Shown here piece by piece: positions 29,646-40,224 of a stretch of DNA of 64,000 nt. Position 1 is the first letter of the stretch. Every line of letters starts with the position of its first letter. Source of the stretch: Gammaproteobacteria bacterium (lineage in GTDB: Bacteria; Pseudomonadota; Gammaproteobacteria; JABABF01); contig OZ250153.1 in the NCBI GenBank assembly GCA_965237805.1, positions 1,344,001 to 1,408,000 of the forward strand, in the 5' to 3' direction. The notes beneath the pieces are model-generated. The model ran no database searches and was not told where the DNA came from. It saw only the letters and a program-made list of their open reading frames with translations. A program made the translations under genes and the position numbers.

Positions 29646-31016
29646 TCAGCCCGGCAAGTCCAGCAGCTCCAACAACTCCGCTGTTTTTGCGCGCATCAGT
29701 GCCGGGTCGCCGCGACTTTCCACATTGAGCCGTACCAGCGGCTCGGTGTTGGAGCCACGCAGATTGAAGCGCCACTCTGCAAAGGCCATGCTGAGGCCAT
29801 CGGTGGTGTCGATTTCCGGGTGCTCGGCCTGCTCGGTATAGTGTTTGCGCACCCACCGTAGCGTCTCGGCCACATCCGCTACCTGCCGGTTGATCTCACC
29901 GCTGACTGGAAAGCGGCGCACCCTCTGTGCCACCAGTTCGGACAGCCGCTGGCCGCTACGGCTGAGCAGTTCGGCGACCGCCAGCCATGGCAGCATGCCG
30001 CTGTCGCAATAGGCGAAATCGCGGAAGTAATGGTGCGCACTCATCTCGCCGCCGTAGACTGCATCTTCGCGGCGCATCACCTCCTTGATGAAGGCGTGCC
30101 CGGCACGCGATTGCACGGCGCGACCGCCGTGCGCCGCCACTATTTCGCGGGTATTCCAGATCAATCTGGGGTCGTGCACTACCGCCGAGCCGGGGGACGC
30201 AGCGCGACGCAGAAAGGTTTCGGCCAGCGCGCCGACCAAGTAGTAGCCCTCGATAAATTCGCCGTGCTCGTCAAAGAAAAAGCAGCGGTCAAAATCGCCG
30301 TCCCAAGCAAGGCCAAAATCGGCGCCGCTAGCGCGCACAGCACGAGCAGTGTCGCCGCGCAGCTCGGGCAGCATGGGGTTGGGTACGCCGTGCGGAAAGC
30401 GACCGTCCGCTTCATGGTGCAGGCGGACAAATTGAAACGGCAGCGATGGGGCGAGCTGATCAATGATCGCGCCAGCACCGCCGTTGCCAGCATTGACGAC
30501 GATTTTAAAAGGGCGTAGCACATCGATGTCGATGGAGCCGAGCAGGCATGCGAGATAGCTTGGGCGGTGGTCCAGTGGTGCACTCGTACCCGGGGTCGCT
30601 ACTGGTGGCGGGATGCGTTTTTCGGCGATGCGATCGCGCAGCTCGAATAGCCCGGTGTCAGCGCTGATGGGGCGCGATCTGGCAGCGACGACTTTCATGC
30701 CATTGTCCTCGGGCGGGTTGTGGCTAGCGGTGATCATCACGCCGCCATCAAGTGCCAAGTCGGCGACCGCCCAGTAGATCTCTTCAGTGCCGCACAGCCC
30801 GAGCAAGGACACATTGCAGCCCGCCTCGTTGAGGCCAGCACTCAATGCGCGGCACAAGGCCGGGCTGCTGAGGCGCACATCGTGCCCGACCACGACTTGA
30901 CTGGCATTGAGGAAATTGGCGAGGCAGCGGCCGAACTGATGTGCGAGTCCCTCGTCCAATTGGTCGGGGACGCGGCCCCGCACATCGTAGGCTTTGAAGC
31001 AGTCTAGGGAGGCCAA
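29646..31016 (-). CDS. manB: Phosphomannomutase (CpsG/ManB)
   Basis: FKAYDVRG, ITASHNP, DGDFDR, GGEMSAHHYFRDF. Confidence 0.93.
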   Translation of the reverse strand: MASLDCFKAYDVRGRVPDQLDEGLAHQFGRCLANFLNASQVVVGHDVRLSSPALCRALSAGLNEAGCNVSLLGLCGTEEIYWAVADLALDGGVMITASHNPPEDNGMKVVAARSRPISADTGLFELRDRIAEKRIPPPVATPGTSAPLDHRPSYLACLLGSIDIDVLRPFKIVVNAGNGGAGAIIDQLAPSLPFQFVRLHHEADGRFPHGVPNPMLPELRGDTARAVRASGADFGLAWDGDFDRCFFFDEHGEFIEGYYLVGALAETFLRRAASPGSAVVHDPRLIWNTREIVAAHGGRAVQSRAGHAFIKEVMRREDAVYGGEMSAHHYFRDFAYCDSGMLPWLAVAELLSRSGQRLSELVAQRVRRFPVSGEINRQVADVAETLRWVRKHYTEQAEHPEIDTTDGLSMAFAEWRFNLRGSNTEPLVRLNVESRGDPALMRAKTAELLELLDLPG

Positions 31017-31025
31017 TGGGGGGGG

Positions 31026-31880
31026 CTAGTCGGCACTTTGGCCGTGACAGTGATTGACTGCGGCGACAAAGCCTGCCACCTCGCCGCAATCGAAGCGTTG
31101 TCCTTGCAGCTGCCACGCGATCAGGCGTCCCTGCCGTGCCTGTTCGCGCAGCGCGTCGCTCAGTTGCAGCTCGCCGCCGTGCCCCGGCGCGGTGCCCCTG
31201 AGTATCTCGAAAATATCTGGCGTCAATAGGTAGCGGCCGATTACCCCGCAGTCGCTCGGAGCCTCGCCGAGAGGCGGCTTCTCGATCACATCGCTCACTT
31301 GTAATAGCTGGTCTTCGCCCGCTATCGGCGCGGCCTCGATGACGCCGAAGCGGGGCAGTTCCTCCGCGGGCAGCTGCTCCACTGCGAGCACGCTGCATTG
31401 GCCGCCGTATTGTTGAAAGATGGAGACCATTTGTTTCATGGCACCGTGCTGCCCCGGCGGTGCGATGCACAAATCGTCAGCCAAGATCACGCCGAAGGGC
31501 TGGTCGCCGATCAACGGGCGACCGCTCAGCACGGCATCGCCTAAGCCGAGTCGCCGACGTTGGCGGATGAAACTGAATGTGCAGTTCTTGAGAATGTGCC
31601 GCAAACTGGCCAGCAGATCCTCGCGCTCCGAGTCCCGGATCTGCTCGGCCAACTCGACGGTATCGGCATCAAAATAATCGGTGATCGCCTCTTTGCCACG
31701 ACTGGTGACGATACCGATATCAGACAGCCCGGCTTCGAGCGCTTCCTCGACCCCATAGTGCGCCAGCGGTTTGTTGACGATGGGCAGCATTTCCTTGGGG
31801 ATGGTTTTGGTGGCCGGCAAGAATCGGGTGCCAAAACCTGCCATCGGAAACAGGCATTTGTTGAGTTGCTCCGCACTCAT
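31026..31880 (-). CDS. galU: UTP-glucose-1-phosphate uridylyltransferase
   Basis: AGFGTRFLPATKTIPKEMLPIVNKP, LGLGDAV, IEKP, RFDCG. Confidence 0.95.
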   Translation of the reverse strand: MSAEQLNKCLFPMAGFGTRFLPATKTIPKEMLPIVNKPLAHYGVEEALEAGLSDIGIVTSRGKEAITDYFDADTVELAEQIRDSEREDLLASLRHILKNCTFSFIRQRRRLGLGDAVLSGRPLIGDQPFGVILADDLCIAPPGQHGAMKQMVSIFQQYGGQCSVLAVEQLPAEELPRFGVIEAAPIAGEDQLLQVSDVIEKPPLGEAPSDCGVIGRYLLTPDIFEILRGTAPGHGGELQLSDALREQARQGRLIAWQLQGQRFDCGEVAGFVAAVNHCHGQSAD

Positions 31881-33394
31881 ATGTCCTCCTTTTCTCCTGT
31901 ATCGCGCCCATAGACATCTTCGAGACGGACGATATCGTCTTCGCCCAGATAATCGCCTATCTGCACTTCGATTAGCTCGACCGGAGCATCGGTGTCGTTG
32001 GCGAGGCGGTGGGTGCTTTGCAATGGAACGTGGATTGATTCCCCCACCGCAAGGCGTTGTGTAGACTCATCCAGCGTCACTGTGGCGATGCCAGCGGTGA
32101 CGACCCAGTGCTCGGCGCGCTGATAGTGGTACTGCAGCGACAGACATTGCCCGGGGTTGACGTGGATGCGCTTGACTTGATGGCCATCACCGCTGGCCAG
32201 TTGCTCGAAGAAGCCCCAAGGGCGGTATACCCGTCGATGCACCTCCACTTCCGGGCGTCCCGTGTCGCCCAGCTCCGCCACCAAGGCCTTGACCTCTTGG
32301 CTGTGCTGTCGGGATGTGATCAGCACGGCATCGGCGGTCTCCACCGCCACCACATCCTCAATGCCGACAGCCGCCAACAGGCGCGATTCGCTGCGTAGAT
32401 AACAGTTGCGCGCATGGTGGCTGCGCACATCGCCGATTTCGACATTGCCAGCGGCATCGTGCGCTTCCTCCTGCCACAGCGTATCCCAAGATCCGATGTC
32501 GCTCCAGCCGCAGGCTAGGGCGACCACAGTTGTGCGCGAGCTGTGTTCCATGACTGCATAGTCTATGGAGTCGCTGCGACAGCTGCTGTAGGCCGCCTGC
32601 TCGAGCTGCGTCACTGCGCCGTCGGTGGTGGCACCGCGCCATGACTGCCGACAGGCCTTGGCGATGTCGGGTGCGTGGTGATCCAGTGCCTCCAGATAAG
32701 TGGTGGCGGGGAGCAAGAACATACCACTATTCCAGTAGTAGTCGCCGCTCTCGCAATATTCCTCGGCGCGAGCCAAGGACGGTTTTTCGATGAAGCGGTC
32801 GACGGCGTGTACGCCACGCGCGTCGTCCAAGACCTGCCCGCGGCGAATATAGCCGTAGCCCGTCTCTGGTTTTTCCGGGACGATGCCGAAGGTGCACAGC
32901 TGTTGCTTGGCGGCGAATTCGGTAGCGGTTGCCAGCGCACGGCTCAAGGACGCGACATCGCGCACCAAGTGATCTGCCGGCAACACCAGCAATAGGGCAT
33001 CGGGGGATTGCTCAAGGGCGGCGAGTGCGCCGATAGCCACGGCCGGAGCCGTGTTGCGTCCCACCGGTTCGAGCAACAGCTGTGCGGCATCGTCGCCGAG
33101 CCGGTGCAACTCTGCTTTCAGCGCCAGATCCAAGTCGCGGTGGCCAGCGATCAGCATGCGGCCTCTGGGCGGTAGCGCCGCCGCCTCCAGCTGGTCGAGG
33201 CGATCCAGCGTCAGGCGCAACAGGGAGTGTTCGCCTACCAGCGCTTGCAGCTGTTTGGGTTGCCGCTGTCGCGACAGCGGCCATAAGCGCGAGCCGCTGC
33301 CACCAGCGAGGATTAAGGGAACTAGCATGAGTGGCGGCAATGGGCGATGTTGTCGGGGATCGCCGCCTGTCTGATGGGCGAGCTGTACGGTCAT
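31877..33394 (-). CDS. manC: Mannose-1-phosphate guanylyltransferase / mannose-6-phosphate isomerase
   Basis: LAGGSGSRLWPLSR..PKQ, EPVGRNTAPA, WNSGMF, WSDIGSW, C-terminal cupin RPWG..SLQYH..RAEHW. Confidence 0.95.
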   Translation of the reverse strand: MTVQLAHQTGGDPRQHRPLPPLMLVPLILAGGSGSRLWPLSRQRQPKQLQALVGEHSLLRLTLDRLDQLEAAALPPRGRMLIAGHRDLDLALKAELHRLGDDAAQLLLEPVGRNTAPAVAIGALAALEQSPDALLLVLPADHLVRDVASLSRALATATEFAAKQQLCTFGIVPEKPETGYGYIRRGQVLDDARGVHAVDRFIEKPSLARAEEYCESGDYYWNSGMFLLPATTYLEALDHHAPDIAKACRQSWRGATTDGAVTQLEQAAYSSCRSDSIDYAVMEHSSRTTVVALACGWSDIGSWDTLWQEEAHDAAGNVEIGDVRSHHARNCYLRSESRLLAAVGIEDVVAVETADAVLITSRQHSQEVKALVAELGDTGRPEVEVHRRVYRPWGFFEQLASGDGHQVKRIHVNPGQCLSLQYHYQRAEHWVVTAGIATVTLDESTQRLAVGESIHVPLQSTHRLANDTDAPVELIEVQIGDYLGEDDIVRLEDVYGRDTGEKEDI

Positions 33395-33564
33395 TTACTT
33401 TAACATAGCCAGCCAGAGAACATCGCCAGAGGGTGGCACTTGCGGGCGCGATTGATACGGCTTTGGCCGTGGTCGATGTGCCTGCCATGCTATACTAATA
33501 AGCTGTTTGTGTGGCCACTCATAAGCGACCATAGCGACCATTTGACTTGGCATTGTCTCATAAT

Positions 33565-34137
33565 ATGATGCGTACGCAGCTGCCGTGGAGGCAGCCCTCA
33601 ACTGAGCGGCCCAGTGCGTTCTCCTACGAGGAACTCATCCGCTGTAGCGAAGGCTTGCTATTCGGCCCGGATGGCCCCACATTGCCGGCTCCGCCGATGC
33701 TGATGTTCGACCGCATTCCACATATCGCCGAAACCGTGGGCGAGCGTGGCAAACGGGGGCGGGTGGATGCTGAATGGACGGTGAAACCAGAACATTGGTT
33801 TTTCAATTGCCATTTTCACAACGATCCAGTCATGCCCGGTTGCCTCGGCTTGGACGCCTTGTGGCAGCTGACGGGCTTCTACATGGGGTGGTTGGGTCAT
33901 CCCGGGCGGGGGCGGGCGCTGGGGGTGGGTAAGGTGCAATTCTCTGGGCAGGTGCGTCCGACAGCCAAGTTGGTGCATTATTCGGTCGAGGTCAAGCGCG
34001 TCTTGGAGCGCGAGGGGATGGCATTGTGCATCGCCAATGGTGAGATGTCGAGCGATGGTGTGCTCTTGTACAGTGCACAGGATCTGCGGGTCGGACTGTT
34101 TGTCGATTTGGATGCTTTCGGAAATAGTGCAGGGTGA
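33565..34137 (+). CDS. fabA: 3-hydroxyacyl-ACP dehydratase/isomerase
   Basis: LPAPPMLMFDRI, WFFNCHFHNDPVMPGCLGLDALWQL. Confidence 0.95.
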   Translation: MMRTQLPWRQPSTERPSAFSYEELIRCSEGLLFGPDGPTLPAPPMLMFDRIPHIAETVGERGKRGRVDAEWTVKPEHWFFNCHFHNDPVMPGCLGLDALWQLTGFYMGWLGHPGRGRALGVGKVQFSGQVRPTAKLVHYSVEVKRVLEREGMALCIANGEMSSDGVLLYSAQDLRVGLFVDLDAFGNSAG

Positions 34138-34146
34138 TGGGGGCTG

Positions 34147-35424
34147 GTGATGAGTAGTTCAAGGCGGGTTGTTGTCACGGGGTTGGGCATTATTTCGTGC
34201 ATCGGCAACGATCAGCACAGTGTGCTCCAATCCATGCGTGAGGGGCGTTCCGGGCTGAGTTTTGCCGAATCCTATTGCGAGGTTGGCATGAAAAGTCAAG
34301 TGGTTGGGCGCGTCTCAGTCGACCCCAAACCGCATATCGCCCGCCAGCACTTGCGTTTTATGAACGATGCCTCGGTCTACGCCTGCCTGTCGCTACAACA
34401 GGCCATCGAAGATGCCGGGCTCGAGCCGGATGTGGTGTCCAATGTGCGCACCGGGGTGATCGCTGGCTCCGGTGGCAACTCCACGGTGGATGTCATCGAG
34501 ACGGCGGATCATGTGCGTGCGGGCAAGTTGCGCGCTGTGGGTCCCTACCGTGTGCCGCGTGCGATGTCGAGCTCGGTGTCGGCCTGTTTGGCGGCCAGCT
34601 TTCGTATCCGCGGAGTCAACTACAGTATTTCTTCTGCCTGTGCCACCAGCGCGCATTGCATCGGCAATGCAGCGCAATTGATCGCCTCTGGTCAGCAAGA
34701 TGTGGTCTTCGCCGGTGGTGGTGAAAGCGAGCACTGGTCTTTGAGCTGCATGTTCGACAGCATGCATGCCCTGTCGACCTCATGGAATGATGAGCCGACG
34801 CGCGCCTCGCGCGCCTATGACAAAGACCGCGACGGATTTGTCATCGCCGCTGGCGGCGGCATGGTGGTGTTGGAGTCGCTCGAGCATGCCGAAAAGCGCG
34901 GCGCGCCGCAGATCTATGCCGAGCTGGCGGGCTACGGTGCCACCGCTGACGGCGGCGGCATGGTGCTGGCCGAAACTCCCGACGGCGCTATTGCCTGCAT
35001 GCGCCAAGCCCTGTCGGGGATGGGTGGCAATGGGTTGGAGGATGGCGTGGAACTCGATTATGTCAACACCCACGGTACCAGTACGCCGCAGGGGGATCTC
35101 CAAGAACTGCGTGCTCTGCGCGAAGTGTTTGGCGAGCACATACCACCATTCAGCTCGACCAAGTCGCTGACCGGTCATTCCTTGGGAGCGACCGGGGCAC
35201 AGGAAGCGATCTATTGCCTGTTGATGATGCGCGAGAATTTTATCGTCGCCTCGGCCAATGTCGACCAACTCGACCCGGCTATCGACGAGGAATTCGGCGC
35301 GGTGCCGCTGGTCACCGAAAGACGCGACCAAGTGCGGCTCGACAATGTGCTGAGCTCCAGTTTTGGCTTTGGCGGCACCAATGCGGCGCTACTTTTCCGG
35401 CGTTGCGAGAGCGCCACAGCTTAG
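34147..35424 (+). CDS. fabB: Beta-ketoacyl-ACP synthase I
   Basis: [46 protein letters not shown]. Follows fabA. Confidence 0.95.
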   Translation: MMSSSRRVVVTGLGIISCIGNDQHSVLQSMREGRSGLSFAESYCEVGMKSQVVGRVSVDPKPHIARQHLRFMNDASVYACLSLQQAIEDAGLEPDVVSNVRTGVIAGSGGNSTVDVIETADHVRAGKLRAVGPYRVPRAMSSSVSACLAASFRIRGVNYSISSACATSAHCIGNAAQLIASGQQDVVFAGGGESEHWSLSCMFDSMHALSTSWNDEPTRASRAYDKDRDGFVIAAGGGMVVLESLEHAEKRGAPQIYAELAGYGATADGGGMVLAETPDGAIACMRQALSGMGGNGLEDGVELDYVNTHGTSTPQGDLQELRALREVFGEHIPPFSSTKSLTGHSLGATGAQEAIYCLLMMRENFIVASANVDQLDPAIDEEFGAVPLVTERRDQVRLDNVLSSSFGFGGTNAALLFRRCESATA

Positions 35425-35941
35425 GCAGGCGCTGCTTTTTGCGCCGCTGCTAGCCGCCTTATCGCTGGCCTTGGCGGTCGCGCAGGCCGCCGCGCCGCTG
35501 GCGACCGATACGGCGGTGCCATTGGAGCGCATCGACATCCTGACAGGGCGTTGTAGCAGCACGCCACAGCGCTTGCGCTATGCGGTGGAGTTGGCCGCCG
35601 ATCCAGCGGCTCGCCGCCGCGGCCTGCAGCAGCGCGAACAGCTGCCGGACGACCGGGGGATGCTGTTTTTGTGGTCGGGTAGCGCTCGGCGCGCCATGTG
35701 GATGAAGGACACCTCGATCCCCCTCGATATGCTGTTCTTGGCTGCCGATGGCCGTATCTTGGCGCTCGAATCGGCGCAGCCTCGCTCCGAACGTATCATC
35801 TCCCCGCCAGTGGCGGCGCTGGCGGTATTGGAATTGGCTGGCGGCACGGCGGAGCGCCTCGGCATCTGCGACGGCGATCGAGTGCGCTCGAAGCGCCTAA
35901 GACCCAAGGCTAGCTTGCCAGCATTGCCCGCGCCCCTTTGA
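35381..35941 (+). CDS. DUF192 family protein
   Basis: VELA..RRRGL..R..L..GMLF..MWMKDT.IPLDMLF..VLEL.GG..LGI..GD. Start uncertain. Confidence 0.88.
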   Translation: MRRYFSGVARAPQLRQALLFAPLLAALSLALAVAQAAAPLATDTAVPLERIDILTGRCSSTPQRLRYAVELAADPAARRRGLQQREQLPDDRGMLFLWSGSARRAMWMKDTSIPLDMLFLAADGRILALESAQPRSERIISPPVAALAVLELAGGTAERLGICDGDRVRSKRLRPKASLPALPAPL

Positions 35942-36044
35942 TGGCCGCCGTGGGCACAGTCTCACAGGCTGCCAAGTATTGGTGAGCTGAGATTCCGCTA
36001 TTATGTTGGCCATCTCTCAGCAAGATCTCGGTAGGATGTGAGGC

Positions 36045-37442
36045 ATGGCACAACTCGAAGTTTGGCTCAACAGCTTGGTCGGCGTGGTGTGGAATTGGCC
36101 GGTGGTCATCCTGTGCCTGGGAGCTGGCTTTTTTCTGACAGTGTTCACTGGTTTTGTCCAATTCAGAGGCTTCGGTCTCGCCTTGGACATTGTGCGTGGC
36201 AAATATGACAGTGCGGCCGACCGCGACCAAGGCAATCTCAGCCATGCCCAAGCGCTGTTCGGCGCGATTTCCGCCACGGTAGGCCTTGGCAACATCGCCG
36301 GTGTCGCCATTGCCATCGTCGTCGGCGGGCCGGGAGCACTGTTGTGGATGTGGCTGATCGGCCTGCTCGGCATGGCGACCAAATTCGCCGAGTGCAGCCT
36401 CGGCACCCTCTACCGAGAGCGGGATTCACAGGGCACATGGCGCGGCGGGCCGATCTACTACATCACGCGTGGCCTGCCGGAGAGTTTCCCCAACTGGGGT
36501 CATCGCGTGGCGCGCCCGATGGCCGCTACCTTTGCTGTGCTGTGTATCTTCGGTGCCTTTGGTGGCGGCAATATGTTCCAGGCCAACCAAGTCGCCCAAT
36601 TGCTGCAGGTGAACTTCCATGTGCCGCCGACGATGACCGGCATTGTGCTGGCCGCTCTGGTCGGCACGGTGATCATCGGCGGTATCCGCCGTATCGGGCA
36701 GGTGGTCAGCCTGCTGGTTCCCTTCATGTGCGGGATCTATGTGTTGGCCGCCTTTGCCATCTGCCTGTGGCACATCGCTGACATGCCGCAGGTGCTGGCC
36801 GTGATCTTCAGCGATGCCTTCAGCGGCGAGGCGGCTGCCGGTGGCGTGGTCGGCACGGTGATCATCACCGGTATCCGCCGTGCGGTCTTCTCCAGTGAGG
36901 CGGGGATCGGCTCGGCACCGATGATGCACGCCACCGCCCGTTGTGCGACCCCGATACGCCAAGGCTATGTCGCCCTGTTGGAGCCCTTCCTCGACACCAT
37001 CGTCGTCTGCTCCGCCACCGGTTTTGTCATCGTTCTGAGCGGTCTCTACGGCTCGGCGGAGGGGCTCGGTGGCGCAGCGCTGACCGCCACGGCTTTCGAG
37101 CATTTCTTGCCGGGCTTTGGGCGCTACTTCCTCGTCATCGCCGCCAGCATGTTCGCTTTTTCCACCGCGATCACTTGGTTCCACTACAGCCAGACATCCG
37201 CCCGTCACCTATTTGGCGACCGCATACTGGAGCCGATCAAGTGGCTGTTTGTGGCGGCCATCTTCGTCGGTGCCGTATGGAAATTGGAAGCGGTGATCGC
37301 CTTCACCGACATCGCCTTTGGTCTGATGGTGATTCCCAATCTGATCGCCGTGCTGCTACTCTCGGGCCGCTTGCGAGGCATGATGAAGGAGTTCGAGGCG
37401 GAGCGGGCGCAATTGGAGCGCCAGTCAGTCAGGGGCGAGTAG
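36045..37442 (+). CDS. Alanine/glycine:cation symporter (AgcS/AlsT family)
   Basis: ATVGLGNIAGVA.AI..GGPGA..WMW, FSSEAGIGSAP, EPFLDTIVVC. Confidence 0.92.
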   Translation: MAQLEVWLNSLVGVVWNWPVVILCLGAGFFLTVFTGFVQFRGFGLALDIVRGKYDSAADRDQGNLSHAQALFGAISATVGLGNIAGVAIAIVVGGPGALLWMWLIGLLGMATKFAECSLGTLYRERDSQGTWRGGPIYYITRGLPESFPNWGHRVARPMAATFAVLCIFGAFGGGNMFQANQVAQLLQVNFHVPPTMTGIVLAALVGTVIIGGIRRIGQVVSLLVPFMCGIYVLAAFAICLWHIADMPQVLAVIFSDAFSGEAAAGGVVGTVIITGIRRAVFSSEAGIGSAPMMHATARCATPIRQGYVALLEPFLDTIVVCSATGFVIVLSGLYGSAEGLGGAALTATAFEHFLPGFGRYFLVIAASMFAFSTAITWFHYSQTSARHLFGDRILEPIKWLFVAAIFVGAVWKLEAVIAFTDIAFGLMVIPNLIAVLLLSGRLRGMMKEFEAERAQLERQSVRGE

Positions 37443-37453
37443 TTTGGCACGAT

Positions 37454-38722
37454 TCACCCCTCCCGCAACGGCAATACTTCCAGCCAATCGCCCGCGCTGA
37501 TTGCCACATCGGCCGGGATGCGGGCGAGGCAATCGGCATCGGCCAGCGGGCGCAATGCGCCCGAGCTTTGATGCGAGAGCGGGTGCACAGCGATGTCGCC
37601 ATCGGCATCTTGTCGCAGTGCGGCGCGCACATATTCTTCACGCCGGTTGGCAACGCGGTCGAAAGTCGCGCGGGCGCGCAGTGTCGGTGTGGATTCTGGC
37701 TCCGCACCCTGCAGGCGCAACAGACAGGGGCGCACCAGCACGCGGAAGCAGATGAACACCGCTGCCGGATTGCCGGGCAGGCCGAATAGCGGCACTTCGC
37801 CCACCGTGCCGAATAGCAACGGCTTGCCGGGTTTGATCGCCACCCGCCACAGCTTGGTGCCACCGCGCTCTGTCACCACCATGCGCAGGATGTCGCGTTC
37901 GCCGACCGAGACGCCGCCTGTGCTGATGATGCAGTCTGCCGTCGCCGCCAAGCTATCGAGACGTTCGCTCAGCATGGCGTGGTCGTCGGGGGCGATGCCG
38001 CCGTCCACGGCTTCCATCCCCAGTGCTTCGATCAGGCTGAGCAAGGTGGGGCGGTTGGAGTTGTATGGGCAGCGCGGTGCCGATGCGGGTGGAGCGCCGG
38101 GTTCCAGCAGCTCATCGCCGGTGGATAGCACGGCGACCCGCAGCGGGGCGCGCACCGGCACACTGGCGATGCCCGCCGCAGCTAACAGGCCGATGTCTTG
38201 GGGCATCAGGCGGCGGCCAGCGGGCAACAGCGGTGCGCCTTGGACGAAATCCTCGCCGCGGCGGCGCACATAGCGCCCAGCGGGCGGCGGCTCGTCGTCC
38301 ACCGCCACCGCCACACCGGCATCGCTGAGCGTCGCCTGCTCCTGTGGCAGCACCACATCGGCACCCTTCGGCATCGGTGCACCGGTGAAGATGCGCGCGG
38401 CTGTGCCCGCAGCCAGCGGTTGCGCTTCGGCACCGGCCGGCAGGTACTGGGCGACAGGCAGTGGCGTACGGTGGGCGAAATCGACGGCGCGGGCGGCGTA
38501 GCCGTCCATGGCGCTGTTGTCAACTGGTGGCGCGGCGACCAGCGCCTGTTGCGCGGCGGCCAGCACCCGGCCTGCGGCGGCCACCAGTCCCAGCTCTTCT
38601 GTGTTTTTGCTGAGCGGTGCCAGCTCCGCCAGCATCTGTTTCAGCGCCAGTGCGACCGGTAGGGGTGGTGGTGGGGTGGGGTTGGTTTCGGTCACCATCA
38701 TGTCGATGTCAGTGTCCGGCAC
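37454..38722 (-). CDS. moeA: Molybdopterin molybdenumtransferase
   Basis: NSAMDGYA, RIFTGAP.P, STGDEL, TGGVSVG, KPGKP, GLPGNP. The ORF track over-extends the 5' end. Confidence 0.94.
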   Translation of the reverse strand: MPDTDIDMMVTETNPTPPPPLPVALALKQMLAELAPLSKNTEELGLVAAAGRVLAAAQQALVAAPPVDNSAMDGYAARAVDFAHRTPLPVAQYLPAGAEAQPLAAGTAARIFTGAPMPKGADVVLPQEQATLSDAGVAVAVDDEPPPAGRYVRRRGEDFVQGAPLLPAGRRLMPQDIGLLAAAGIASVPVRAPLRVAVLSTGDELLEPGAPPASAPRCPYNSNRPTLLSLIEALGMEAVDGGIAPDDHAMLSERLDSLAATADCIISTGGVSVGERDILRMVVTERGGTKLWRVAIKPGKPLLFGTVGEVPLFGLPGNPAAVFICFRVLVRPCLLRLQGAEPESTPTLRARATFDRVANRREEYVRAALRQDADGDIAVHPLSHQSSGALRPLADADCLARIPADVAISAGDWLEVLPLREG

Positions 38723-39260
38723 CGCGTAGCACGCCAGCGAAATTGCAGGGGCGGTGGCGGCTGTCCAGCTGCTCGGCCAATATCTCTTCCCAAGCGAGGC
38801 GGCAGGCACCAGTGGAGCCCGGCAGACAGAAGATGACCGTGCTGTTGGCGAGCCCGGCCGTGGCTCGAGACTGTATCGTCGACGAGCCGATGTCCGCCAG
38901 CGAGAGGTGGCGGAATAGCTCGCCGAAGCCGAGGATCTCCTTATCGAATAGCACACCCACAGCCTCCGGCGTCGAGTCGCGCCCGGAAAAGCCGGTGCCG
39001 CCGTTGACCAGCACCACCTCGACCTCGGGGTCGGCGACCCAGGCCGAGACCACGGCGCGGATGCGGTAGATATCATCGGGCACGATGCGCTTCTCGTGCA
39101 GCTGGTGGCCGTGGGCGCGCAGCTGCTCGACCAGATAGGCTCCTGAGCTGTCCTCGGCCTCGCCGCGGGAGTCCGATACGGTTAGCACACAGGCGCAGAG
39201 CGGTAGGCGCTCGGTGGCGATGTCACTTGCCTTGCCCGCTTGCTGCGCCATCTTTGCCAT
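38709..39260 (-). CDS. moaB: Molybdenum cofactor biosynthesis protein B
   Basis: LTVSDSR..DSSG, GGTGF..RD.TPEA, QSRA, LPGS..AC, QLDSRHRPCNF. Confidence 0.95.
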   Translation of the reverse strand: MAKMAQQAGKASDIATERLPLCACVLTVSDSRGEAEDSSGAYLVEQLRAHGHQLHEKRIVPDDIYRIRAVVSAWVADPEVEVVLVNGGTGFSGRDSTPEAVGVLFDKEILGFGELFRHLSLADIGSSTIQSRATAGLANSTVIFCLPGSTGACRLAWEEILAEQLDSRHRPCNFAGVLRGAGH

Positions 39261-39405
39261 TATCTCACTTGCTGACAGGAGTCGGGAGTGACTGTACCCA
39301 GAGTGTTCGTCACATTATAAAGAAGAGCTTTGGGCCGCGGCGCGGCGATGCGCCTGAATTCATGTCAATTGCTATAATTGCCGCCGACACGTTGCGGAAT
39401 ACACC

Positions 39406-40176
39406 ATGCTCGCCGTACTGTCCCCGGCCAAGACGCTGGATTTTGAATCGCCATTGGCGACGCGCCGCCACAGCCAGCCCACCTTCCTAGCCGAGACCGC
39501 CGAGTTGGCGGGGCAGCTGCGGGGCTTGCCGCCATCGCGCTTGGGGGCCTTGCTGGGAGTGAGCGAGCCGTTGGCACGGCTGAACTGCGAGCGCTACCGC
39601 GCTTTCAGCACGCCCTTCAGTCCGGCTAATGCGCGTCCCGCGGTCTTGGCCTTCAAAGGCGATGTCTACCGCGGCCTGCAGGCCGCGGAGTTCTCGACTG
39701 AGGATTTCCGTTTTGCACAGCGCCATTTGCGCATCCTGTCGGGCTTTTACGGTTTGTTGCGCCCGCTGGATCTGATCCAGCCCTACCGCTTGGAGATGGG
39801 CACACGCCTGGCCAACGCCAAGGGCGAAGATCTCTATGCTTTCTGGGGCGATCGCTTGGCGAGGGCGACGACCAAGGCCTTAGGCACGGTCGGCGGCGGC
39901 GCGTTGTTAAACTTGGCCTCCAACGAGTATTTCAAAGTATTGGACAGTGGCGACTTGGCGGTACCGGTGATAGCCCCGGCCTTTTTGGATTACAAGAATG
40001 GCCGCTACAAGATGATCAGCTTCTACGCCAAGCGGGCGCGCGGTGCCATGGCCGGATGGGTCGTGCGGCAGCGGGTGGAGGATACGGCCAGAGTGGTGGA
40101 CTTCGTGGAGGGCGGCTACTGCTACTCGGCTGGCGATTCGACCGCGGACAGGCCGGTGTTCACGAGGCGGGGGTGA
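39406..40176 (+). CDS. yaaA: Peroxide stress protein YaaA (DUF328)
   Basis: SPAKTLDF, F.GDVY, LSG.YGLLRPLD..QPYRLEMG, NLASNEY, AKRARG. Confidence 0.94.
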   Translation: MLAVLSPAKTLDFESPLATRRHSQPTFLAETAELAGQLRGLPPSRLGALLGVSEPLARLNCERYRAFSTPFSPANARPAVLAFKGDVYRGLQAAEFSTEDFRFAQRHLRILSGFYGLLRPLDLIQPYRLEMGTRLANAKGEDLYAFWGDRLARATTKALGTVGGGALLNLASNEYFKVLDSGDLAVPVIAPAFLDYKNGRYKMISFYAKRARGAMAGWVVRQRVEDTARVVDFVEGGYCYSAGDSTADRPVFTRRG

Positions 40177-40224
40177 GTGGGAGCTCGCACTAGGCGGGAC
40201 TGTGTAAAGATGTGGGGTGGCAAC